Of a stretch of DNA of 64,000 nt, positions 46,199 through 54,369 are shown in pieces; the first letter of the stretch is position 1, and every line of letters begins with the position of its first letter. The position numbers and the translations under genes were made by a program. The notes under the pieces are model-generated. The model worked only from the letters and a program-made list of their open reading frames with translations. It was not told the origin of the DNA and did no database searches. Source of the DNA: Pyrinomonadaceae bacterium (GTDB lineage: Bacteria > Acidobacteriota > Blastocatellia > Pyrinomonadales > Pyrinomonadaceae); the NCBI GenBank assembly GCA_046714695.1, contig JBKKAL010000297.1:43407-107406 (forward strand). The letters are read 5' to 3'.

Positions 46199-49100
46199 AT
46201 GTCTTCCCATACGAGGATCGGCTCTCGTTGGATAATTATTTTTGCGCTTTCTCTAACGCCATTTCTGGCGCGCAGTGGGGCGACCTCCGCCCAGGATACT
46301 GTGACGGGCGCATTCGAGGGCACTGTCACCAACAGCCAGACGGACGCGACTATCGGCGGAGCCTCTGTCGAGATCATCAACCAGCAGACGGCGCTCGTGA
46401 TTGCGAAGCGGACGGACTCCAGAGGCCGTTTTTATCAAGGGTTGCTGACGCCCGGCATCTACAGGATACGCGTCTCCGCGCCGGGCTTTCAGACACGTGA
46501 GGTCATCCAGCGCCTCTTTATTACGCGCACGGGTGAGGTCGTCCCCGTCCCCGTCTCGCTCGACCCTGCGCCCGCCGTTCCCGCGCTGCCGATCCCATCG
46601 ACACAACCGGGGACAGGCCCGGCAACCGGGAGTGCTACTACCACTGCGCCCACACAGCCTTCGCTCTCCGTGCGTGATACGGACGTGCGCGCCGGGATCA
46701 ATACGACGGATGCGCGGCGGGGCGGTGCTTTTACGGAAGAGGAGGTCTCGACGTTGCCGCTCGGGGCAACCACTTTAACGCGCACCTTCGATGAACTGAC
46801 TCTGCTCTTGCCGGGCGTAGCGCTTGCTCCGCAGACGCTCGGAGGCGGCGTAGGCCCTGGCGTCGGCGCTGGCGTCGGCACTTCCGGACAGTTTGCCGTC
46901 AACGGCCTGCGTTCGCGCGCCAACAACTTTACCGTTGACGGTTCCGACAACAACGATGAAGACATAGGCGTGCGTCGCCAGGGTTTCTTCTCGCTGATAC
47001 CGCAATCCATCGAGTCCATCAGAGAATACCAGGCTATCACGCTTTTAGCGCCCGCTCAGTTTGGACGCAATATCGGCGCGCAGGTCAACGCGGTCTCGAA
47101 ATCAGGCGGCAACGAGACGCATGCAACTCTTTACGGCTTCTTCAATTCGAGCCAACTCAATGCACGCAACTTCTTTGATTCCGCGCGCGGCAACGCGATC
47201 TCTCAACTACGCTCCAGCAATCAACTCGTCATCTCCGCGCCCGCCCTCTCTTTTAATAATGCGACGTTGAATTTCGATGCGGTAGGTGGTCGCCCCGTGA
47301 CTATTCAGAACCAGAGCGGAGGCGAGGACTCTTTCACGTTTGCTCAGGGAGGTTTCGTCATCGGCGGGCCGCTTGTGCCGGACAAATTGTTTTACTTCAT
47401 CTCTGCGGAGGGACAGGTCTTAAATGCCACGCGCGAGGCCAGCTTTATCGTGCCGACCGTGGCGCAACGCGGCGCGTTCGGCAGCGGCGCAAGCGGCATC
47501 TTTCGCGACCCCTACGATCTTGACCCGGAATTCTCCTTCCCGACCACAGCGGGCGGCGATGCCATCTTCAGTCTCTTTCCCTTTCCAAACGACCCACAAG
47601 GCTCTTACGGGGCCAACACCTTTACGCAAGTCCTGCCTTCAAGCGCGCAGGGCAAAATTCTTTCCGGCAAATTCGATAGCAACTTCGCGTTTAAGGGAAG
47701 GCAGCAATCTCTTACGGGGCGTTATAATTTTACGGACGATTGGCGGCAAATTCCGGTCACAGGCGGCGCTCTCTTCTCAACCCTCAGACCGCGCGTGCGC
47801 ACACAAAACTTCTCTTTCTTTGTCAACAGCGAGATCAGCGGGCCAGACTCTCTGGTTCCGATCTTTAACCAGTTGCGGCTCTCTTATGGCCGCACGCGCC
47901 TCAAGTTTGAAGAGGATCGTGACAGGACATTCCTGCTTCCGAGCAATCGTTTTCCCTCGACTCCTTTTCTCTTGAATGCGCCCCTGCGCGAGAATTTCAC
48001 GCTGCCCAATATCATCAATAATCAACTGGTCGCCAATCAGGGCCCTGTTATTCTACGCAACATCCAGACGGTAGAAGATCAGTTAGGCCCCGTCGGCCAG
48101 GTCATCGTTGCGGGCTTTAGCCCCATCGGAGTGGATGTCTTCAACTTTCCACAGCGCCGCGTCAACAACACTTACCAGTTCGCCGACCATGTGACGGTAC
48201 GCTTCGGCAACCATAATATGGTCTTCGGAACCGACAACCGCCGCACAGAGCTTAATAGCGATCTCCCGCGCAACGAGCGTCCGCTCATCACCTTTCAGGG
48301 AGCGCCTGAATTAGACCTCCGTCCAGATAACAGCCTGGCCTTCACCGGAAACTTCGTGCGCCCGGAAGACCTCGCCGCTGCTTCTGCCGCGAGCGGTTTC
48401 TTTCAAACATTGACGGGCGGGACGGATGCAGCCATCAACTTGCGCTTCTATCAATTCAACTTCTTCGGTCAGGACGAGTGGCACATCAGGCCCAATCTGT
48501 CTATCTCCTATGGCCTGCGCTACGAGTACAATACGCCCGCCCGCGAGGTCAATCGCCGTGTTGAAGAGAGCTTCGAGAGTCCCGCGCTCGGCCTGATACC
48601 GGGTCTTTCGCGTTTCATCGCGGGCCGCCGGCAAATCTTCGATCCTGACCGCAACAACTTTGCGCCGCGCTTCGCCATCGCCTATTCGCCCGATCTGTTC
48701 GGGCGCAATCATGCAACGGTAATCCGTGGCGGTTACGGTCTCTTCTTCGATCAAATCCTGGGCGCTGTCGTGAGCCAGTCGCGCAGCGTCTTCCCGCGCT
48801 TCGTGACGGTGAATCTAGCGGGCGGATTAGGCAATCTCTTCTTCCCGAATCTTCCGCTCACGCTTCTGAATCCTTCAGACCCGCGTCTCCCAAACGGCGA
48901 TCCTGTGGACATAGGGCTCGTCAGCGGTGGCACTCTCAATCGCCTTGATCCCGCTTTATCGCTCGCAGACCAGATCGCGCTCATCAATCTACTGGCTAGC
49001 GCCGGGGGACAGCTTCCGGGCGCGAGCGGGATTGAGGTGACGCTTCCGGCGCGCAGACTTCCGATGCCCAACGCTCATCATTATAGTCTGTCTTTCGAGC

Positions 49101-50089
49101 AGCAGTTGGGCGCAGACATGGTCGTCTCGGCTGCTTATGTGGGCACGCTGGGACGTAATCTGCTGCGATTCACGACGCCGAATCTGGGCACGAATGCGGT
49201 AATTTTGCCCGATCGTTTCTCGGTCGATATCAGCGGTCCTTCCCGATTCGAGCCAAACTTTTTCGGCATTGCCGTTGCGCCCGGCACGCGCCTGACACCA
49301 GCGGGCGATGGTTTTACGGGCGGGCGACCACTGAGCGCGCTGGGCGGCATCAGCATCTTTGAAACTTCGGCCAACTCGCGCTACGACGCTCTGCAATTGC
49401 AGGTGACAGGCCGCTTCCAACGCTCACTGCAATACCAGGTATCCTACACGCTCTCGAAAGTGACGGACGATGTATCGGACGTGTTCGAGTTGGCGGGAGC
49501 AGCGGCTTTACCGCAGAACAGTCTGACGCGCGCGGGCGAGCATGGGCCCGCCAATTTCGACGCGCGTCATCGCTTCACTTACAACTTCGTTTACGACTTT
49601 CCCGCTTTTCGCCGCCGCAGCCGCGCCCTGCGTTTCATCTTTGACGGGCTGCAAATCGCCGGCATGGGTCGTTTCCAGACCGGACAGCCCTTTACAGTCA
49701 ATAGCATCTTTGACGTCAACCTTGATGGTAATCTGACGGATCGTTTGAATAGTTTGAATGGGATTAACCTTACGGGTGATCGTCGTCAACCGCTGCGGCT
49801 GGGGACAAATAATCTAACGTCCCTGCTGGCGCGGGTCGGCGAGGATGGAGGTGTCGGACGCAACACTTTTCGCGCCGGAAGTATTCTGGAATTGGATATG
49901 ACGCTGAGCAAGACTTTCAAGTTCAGTGAAACCCGGCAGCTCACATTGCGCATGGATGTCTTCAATTTTATCAATCGAGCTAACTTCGGTGTCCCGGTTC
50001 GTTTCCTGGAAGCTCCGGGCTTCGGGCAGGCCCTGGACACGATCACGCCCGGACGGCGCATACAGTTCGCTTTGAAATACTCCTTTTAA
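46199..50089 (+). CDS. TonB-dependent-receptor-like outer-membrane beta-barrel with N-terminal CarboxypepD_reg-like domain
   Basis: 1296 aa with the signal peptide MSSHTRIGSRWIIIFALSLTPFLARSGATSAQD. The CarboxypepD_reg-like stretch is GTVTNSQTDATIGGASVEIINQQTALVIAKRTDSRGRFYQGLLTPGIYRIRVSAPGF, followed by a Pro/Thr linker. A plug-like segment is present (GLRSRANNFTVDGSDNND). A long barrel ends in the aromatic C-terminus IQFALKYSF. Confidence 0.8.
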   Translation: MSSHTRIGSRWIIIFALSLTPFLARSGATSAQDTVTGAFEGTVTNSQTDATIGGASVEIINQQTALVIAKRTDSRGRFYQGLLTPGIYRIRVSAPGFQTREVIQRLFITRTGEVVPVPVSLDPAPAVPALPIPSTQPGTGPATGSATTTAPTQPSLSVRDTDVRAGINTTDARRGGAFTEEEVSTLPLGATTLTRTFDELTLLLPGVALAPQTLGGGVGPGVGAGVGTSGQFAVNGLRSRANNFTVDGSDNNDEDIGVRRQGFFSLIPQSIESIREYQAITLLAPAQFGRNIGAQVNAVSKSGGNETHATLYGFFNSSQLNARNFFDSARGNAISQLRSSNQLVISAPALSFNNATLNFDAVGGRPVTIQNQSGGEDSFTFAQGGFVIGGPLVPDKLFYFISAEGQVLNATREASFIVPTVAQRGAFGSGASGIFRDPYDLDPEFSFPTTAGGDAIFSLFPFPNDPQGSYGANTFTQVLPSSAQGKILSGKFDSNFAFKGRQQSLTGRYNFTDDWRQIPVTGGALFSTLRPRVRTQNFSFFVNSEISGPDSLVPIFNQLRLSYGRTRLKFEEDRDRTFLLPSNRFPSTPFLLNAPLRENFTLPNIINNQLVANQGPVILRNIQTVEDQLGPVGQVIVAGFSPIGVDVFNFPQRRVNNTYQFADHVTVRFGNHNMVFGTDNRRTELNSDLPRNERPLITFQGAPELDLRPDNSLAFTGNFVRPEDLAAASAASGFFQTLTGGTDAAINLRFYQFNFFGQDEWHIRPNLSISYGLRYEYNTPAREVNRRVEESFESPALGLIPGLSRFIAGRRQIFDPDRNNFAPRFAIAYSPDLFGRNHATVIRGGYGLFFDQILGAVVSQSRSVFPRFVTVNLAGGLGNLFFPNLPLTLLNPSDPRLPNGDPVDIGLVSGGTLNRLDPALSLADQIALINLLASAGGQLPGASGIEVTLPARRLPMPNAHHYSLSFEQQLGADMVVSAAYVGTLGRNLLRFTTPNLGTNAVILPDRFSVDISGPSRFEPNFFGIAVAPGTRLTPAGDGFTGGRPLSALGGISIFETSANSRYDALQLQVTGRFQRSLQYQVSYTLSKVTDDVSDVFELAGAAALPQNSLTRAGEHGPANFDARHRFTYNFVYDFPAFRRRSRALRFIFDGLQIAGMGRFQTGQPFTVNSIFDVNLDGNLTDRLNSLNGINLTGDRRQPLRLGTNNLTSLLARVGEDGGVGRNTFRAGSILELDMTLSKTFKFSETRQLTLRMDVFNFINRANFGVPVRFLEAPGFGQALDTITPGRRIQFALKYSF

Positions 50090-50112
50090 TTATTCGCTCA
50101 AGGGCGAGAACA

Positions 50113-50154
50113 AAAGGCTCGAAGAGAGATGTTAGCGTCTCACTTCGAGCCTTT
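50113..50154. terminator. bidirectional intrinsic terminator between convergent genes
   Basis: AAAGGCTCGAAG-(18 nt)-CTTCGAGCCTTT forms a 12-bp perfect stem, followed by CCTTCTTTTCG on the plus strand. Confidence 0.6.
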
Positions 50155-50201
50155 CCTTCTTTTCGTAGCCGTCTGGTTTTTCTCTTCTGCCACTGCCCGG
50201 T

Positions 50202-53200
50202 CTATCTTTTGATGGCGATCAAAGGTACTGGCGTATCCCGACGATAAAAGGCGCGCGGGCGCTGGAGGCTGCGCTTCTCCATATCTGACATCTGCTCCTC
50301 GCCCTCGACGAAAGCGACTTCCGCGCCGACGCTGCGTCCCTGTTTCATCTTTTCTACCTGCATCTGTGGCACGCGCTCGGTCGCGTAATCAAGCCACTCC
50401 TGTAACAGCACCTGCCCATCTCTGGGCGCGCGGTCTGCTGCCGACTTTTTGAGCCCCTCTTCCACCAGCGCGTAGGTCAAAAGCCCGTGCCCGAGTTGCG
50501 TTGCTTCCAGCGCAGCCTGATAGCTTTGCGCCGCCGTCAGGATATACATGCCCTTCTCGTAAGCGAGTTGCGCCAACCCCTTCGAGTTCATGGGCCCACG
50601 TCGCTTCTCTTCAGCTTCAAGCGCCTGCCCGGAGTTGCATGCATCGAGCACCAGAAGGAGTTGACCGGCACTGATCTTCTCAAAGGCTCCTTCCATCTCA
50701 AGATCTGAGATGCTATGGGCGAGGATTGATTGGAAGCCCGCTTCATCAAGCCGGCGGCGCGAGCCCTGGTAGCCCAGATCATGCGGTAAGAGGTAGAAGC
50801 GCGCCTGATGCGCCAGACCGTGTCCGGCAAAATAAATGATAACGGCGTCTTCCGGTTGAGCGGGTTTAAGTTTCGAGAGTTCGGCTGGCGCTCCGGCCAT
50901 CAACGTGTTCGTGTCAATCCCGGCGAGACGGTTCAAGGCGCTCATGATGTTTGCCTTGGTGGCCTGTTGATCCAGGAGAGGTATCACCTCTATGTTGCTG
51001 AAGCGGCCGAGGAGGTTCTGCTGGCTGCGACGAACCTCATCGCTAAACTCATTGGCGTCGGGGACGGCGAATTTCAGGTTGTACTGAGGATTAGCATAAG
51101 TGTTGACGCCAATGGCGAGGATATAAGCGGTGGCCGGTTGTTTGAGGCTCGACGCTCCATTGATCGAGAGAGTATTGTCTGCGCTCTTGATATTGTCGCG
51201 ATTGAACGCATAAACGTTCAACTGGTTCTTGCCGGCAATGACTGGAATGGTAACGTCTAAAACCGCCTTGCCGCCGCCGTTTAAGACATCACCGCGCCAT
51301 ACCTTGACGAGCGAGCCGTTGCGAAAGAGCCTGACATCACGCGCTCCGCTGCCCGTCGCGTGATGGCTGTCGGGCGGCGCTTCATCCACTTCTATCTTGA
51401 CCGCCAGCTCTCGTGTCGCAACGCTTTCCACCTTTTCCCCCTGCGAGCCTTCTGCGCCGACCCTGACGGCAATGCTCGGCTGTCGGCGATCCAGGCGCGT
51501 TATATCCTTTGGCGCTCGCGGGTTCTTACGCGCGAGGATGTCTGCGAGGAGTCCCGGATAAAAAAATTCATTAAAGAATACCTCGACGGGTCGGACGTTG
51601 AGAGTGTTCTGTTCGAAGCGCCAGAGAATCTGTCCCCAGGCGGCGGGCGAGCCGTCAAAGAGCCCATCGGGCGAGACCACCAGCCAGTCCGTATGTTCTG
51701 CCGCAAGGCCCTCGGCACTCTCGCGTAATGAGACTAAAGTAGCGGCGAGTTGGCCTGTGCCGGCGTCCCAGATGCGCGAGCTACCGTCTTCGCTGCCGGA
51801 GGCAAACCATCTACCGTCACGGCTGAAACTGACCGAATAGACCTCACTGGAATGGCCCGTCAGCGTTCGCAGTTCCTTTCCCGTCGCCGCCTCCCACAGC
51901 TTGACTGCATTGTCTTTGCTGCCGGAAGCGAGCACCCGCCCGTCGGGGCTAAAAGCGACGGCTTTCACTTCTGCCGCATGGCCCGTCAGCGTGCGCAGTT
52001 CCTTTCCCGTCGCCGTCTCCCACAGCTTGATGGTTTTGTCAGCGCTGCTCGATGCCAGCCACTTGCCGTCCGGGCTGAAAGCAGTAGCGCCCACTTCTGC
52101 CGTATGGCCCGTGAGTGTGCGCAGTTCCTTTCCCGTCGCTGTCTCCCATAGCTTGATGCTCTTATCCGCGCTTCCTGTAGCGAGCATCTGGCCGTCGGGA
52201 CTAAAAGCAAGCGCATAAATCTCCGCGCTGTGACCCGTGAGCGTGCGCGCTTCAAGGCCCGTCTTCGTCTCCCATATCTTCGCAGTGTTATCGCCGCTCG
52301 CGGTCGCAAGCCATTTGCCGTCGGGACTGAATGCCAGTTGGTTGACGCTAGAGGTGTGGCCCGCAAGGCTGCGCACTTTTTGTCCGGTGGCAGTTTCCCA
52401 GATCGTCGTCGCGCCGCTCAAGCCCGCGGCGGCGAGCAGGCTTCCATCCGGACTGAAGGTGACGGCATTGATGAAACCGCTGTTGGGATCAAGCGTGCGC
52501 AACTCGCGGCCCGTCTGTGTTTCCCAAAGCTTGACTGTATTTTCCTTTCCCCCGGTGGCGAACCAGCGCCCTTCGGGGCTGAAAACAACGGCCGCGACTC
52601 CGTATGAATGCGTGGAGAGCGTATGCACATCCTGGCCCGTCGCTCTATCACGGAGGGTAATTGTTTTATCTCCGCTGCTGAGCGCCGTCCAACTACCGTC
52701 ATGGCTGAATGCCATCGCGATGGCTTCGAGCCGAGGCTCACCGTTTGATCCGCTATTATTTTGACTCTCTCCCCATGTCTGCACATCCCAAAGTCTGACT
52801 GCATTATTGGAGCTTCCGGCGAAGAGCCGCTTTCCATCCTGACTGAAAGCGACGGCGATAACCTTGCCGGGAGCGTTGAGTGTCTTCTGCTCGCGTCCAT
52901 TGCTCGCCTTCCAAATCTTCACAGCAGAGTCGAGCCCCCCCGAAGCCAAAAGCTCTCCATTCGGGCTGAAGTCGAGCGCCTTAACCTTATCCGTATGGCC
53001 CGTCAGCGTGCGCAGTTCCTTTCCCGTCGCTGTCTCCCATAGCTTGATGGTTTTGTCGGCGCTCGCTGTCGCCAGCGTTTGACTGTCGGGGCTGAAAACG
53101 ACGGCCGTGATAGGCCCGCCATGGCCGCCCAGCACAGCGCGCGCCGCGCCCGTCTGAACGTCCCATATTTTGACTGCATTCTCCATATTGCCGGAGGCGA

Positions 53201-53696
53201 AAGATCGCCCGTCGGCGCTGAAGGCGACGGCGCTGACGCTGCCCGCTTCCAAAAGACTGCGCACTTCGCGACCCGTAGCGACATCCCAGAACTTAACGCT
53301 CCCGTCGACGGAGCCTGAGGCCAGGAGTTTCCCATCCTGACTGAAAGCCACAGCCCTGATGCCACGCGCATGACCTGTCAGGCTACGGACTTCGCGTTTT
53401 GTCGCTACATCCCAGAGTTTGACCGTATTATCACCGCTCCCGGAGGCGAGTAGTTGCCCTTCGGGGCTGAATGCGAGGCTGTCCACACGCATCGCATGGC
53501 CGGTTTGTAAAACCAGTTCAGGTCTGCTGCCCGTACCGACCTGGGCCGGGTTCGTAAAAGATGCTCGCGTGGGCGGCGAGAGGAAGCCCTGGGCCGCTGA
53601 GAGAAAAAGCGCGAAGGCCAACGGGACAAAGAGCGAGACTGGAGTTCTGATATTCTTCATAAGAGCTTTGGAATTGATGGGTATGTTTGGTTTCAT
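50202..53696 (-). CDS. signal-peptide WD40 (14 repeats) - linker domain - C-terminal caspase-like (peptidase C14) protein
   Basis: The ORF is open to 53816. Likelier starts are ATG 53696 (MKPNIPINSKALMKNIRTPVSLFVPLAFALFLSAAQG) or 53660. It has 14 WD repeats (xAFSPDGxxLASGSxDxTIKLWE). The caspase dyad motifs are AVIIYFAGHG (His) and LLLVLDACNSG (Cys), within about 50205-51240. Confidence 0.85.
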   Translation of the reverse strand: MKPNIPINSKALMKNIRTPVSLFVPLAFALFLSAAQGFLSPPTRASFTNPAQVGTGSRPELVLQTGHAMRVDSLAFSPEGQLLASGSGDNTVKLWDVATKREVRSLTGHARGIRAVAFSQDGKLLASGSVDGSVKFWDVATGREVRSLLEAGSVSAVAFSADGRSFASGNMENAVKIWDVQTGAARAVLGGHGGPITAVVFSPDSQTLATASADKTIKLWETATGKELRTLTGHTDKVKALDFSPNGELLASGGLDSAVKIWKASNGREQKTLNAPGKVIAVAFSQDGKRLFAGSSNNAVRLWDVQTWGESQNNSGSNGEPRLEAIAMAFSHDGSWTALSSGDKTITLRDRATGQDVHTLSTHSYGVAAVVFSPEGRWFATGGKENTVKLWETQTGRELRTLDPNSGFINAVTFSPDGSLLAAAGLSGATTIWETATGQKVRSLAGHTSSVNQLAFSPDGKWLATASGDNTAKIWETKTGLEARTLTGHSAEIYALAFSPDGQMLATGSADKSIKLWETATGKELRTLTGHTAEVGATAFSPDGKWLASSSADKTIKLWETATGKELRTLTGHAAEVKAVAFSPDGRVLASGSKDNAVKLWEAATGKELRTLTGHSSEVYSVSFSRDGRWFASGSEDGSSRIWDAGTGQLAATLVSLRESAEGLAAEHTDWLVVSPDGLFDGSPAAWGQILWRFEQNTLNVRPVEVFFNEFFYPGLLADILARKNPRAPKDITRLDRRQPSIAVRVGAEGSQGEKVESVATRELAVKIEVDEAPPDSHHATGSGARDVRLFRNGSLVKVWRGDVLNGGGKAVLDVTIPVIAGKNQLNVYAFNRDNIKSADNTLSINGASSLKQPATAYILAIGVNTYANPQYNLKFAVPDANEFSDEVRRSQQNLLGRFSNIEVIPLLDQQATKANIMSALNRLAGIDTNTLMAGAPAELSKLKPAQPEDAVIIYFAGHGLAHQARFYLLPHDLGYQGSRRRLDEAGFQSILAHSISDLEMEGAFEKISAGQLLLVLDACNSGQALEAEEKRRGPMNSKGLAQLAYEKGMYILTAAQSYQAALEATQLGHGLLTYALVEEGLKKSAADRAPRDGQVLLQEWLDYATERVPQMQVEKMKQGRSVGAEVAFVEGEEQMSDMEKRSLQRPRAFYRRDTPVPLIAIKR
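51852..53063 (-). repeat. near-identical intragenic WD40 repeat DNA copies
   Basis: ATGGCCCGTCAGCGTGCGCAGTTCCTTTCCCGTCGCCGTCTCCCACAGCTTGATGGTTTTGTCAGCGCT at 51978-52046 matches 52995-53063 at 66/69. Shorter copies start at 51852 and 52104. All four encode KLWE(T/A)ATGKELRTLTGH. Confidence 0.8.
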
Positions 53697-53974
53697 GCGC
53701 CAGAGAATTGAGGACGAAAGGCCGCCTGCTCGTTTGACGATTTGTTGAATCCCTTTTTTTAAAGCGACCAACAATAAAAAGTTTTTTTCGAGTGAGCCGA
53801 ACGCCAGAAAAATCAATGAAGAATACGGGATCTCTTACGTATAATGAAAAGCGTCGCCAGCGAAAGCTCGTCGGAATAGACCGGCCTGTGACGTTGATAA
53901 CCGCACAGTAGGCGAGCCGCCCGATGATTGTCAAGCCCCTTTTAGACGGGCATCCCGGCACGCCTGCCTTGATA

Positions 53975-54004
53975 TTGACCAATGATCTGCGGCGGCCGTA
54001 CAAT
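53975..54004 (+). promoter_or_regulatory. sigma70-like promoter candidate with ~365-nt leader for the CHASE2-cyclase gene
   Basis: TTGACC (53975-53980), an 18-nt spacer, then TACAAT (53999-54004). Confidence 0.3.
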
Positions 54005-54369
54005 TACCCAACTTGCAGACTTTTTATTCTTTTAAGTTTCGAGTAACTGGGGATTCCGGTAGTGGATCGGTTTCAGAACAAACAATTGCCTTCTTCAACT
54101 ATTCCGCCAGGCGCCAATGAAACGTTTTGCCCCAAATCTGCATTGATATTTAGAACAGGTTAGGCGGGATAATTACCCCTGGATGGCTCAAACCGGAGAG
54201 AGGCCCATTCGGATCTGAAATTGACTTACCGGCTCGAATCCCATCTGCTCCTGCGAGCAGTCATCAACGGGGCCATTTTTATACCATCCATCTGTTTTTC
54301 GTCACTCGGCTCTGGATGATTCTTTCATTCCGAACTCGTATAGTTTCGACGATTCCCCGCTGGCATTAA

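Noticed and set aside
53518-54003. 161-aa minus-strand ORF in the divergent control region between the WD40-caspase and CHASE2 genes
   Set aside because: It overlaps the N-terminal region of the WD40-caspase ORF in another frame and has no RBS and no motif. Its composition is atypical, so it is probably non-coding promoter or leader DNA.
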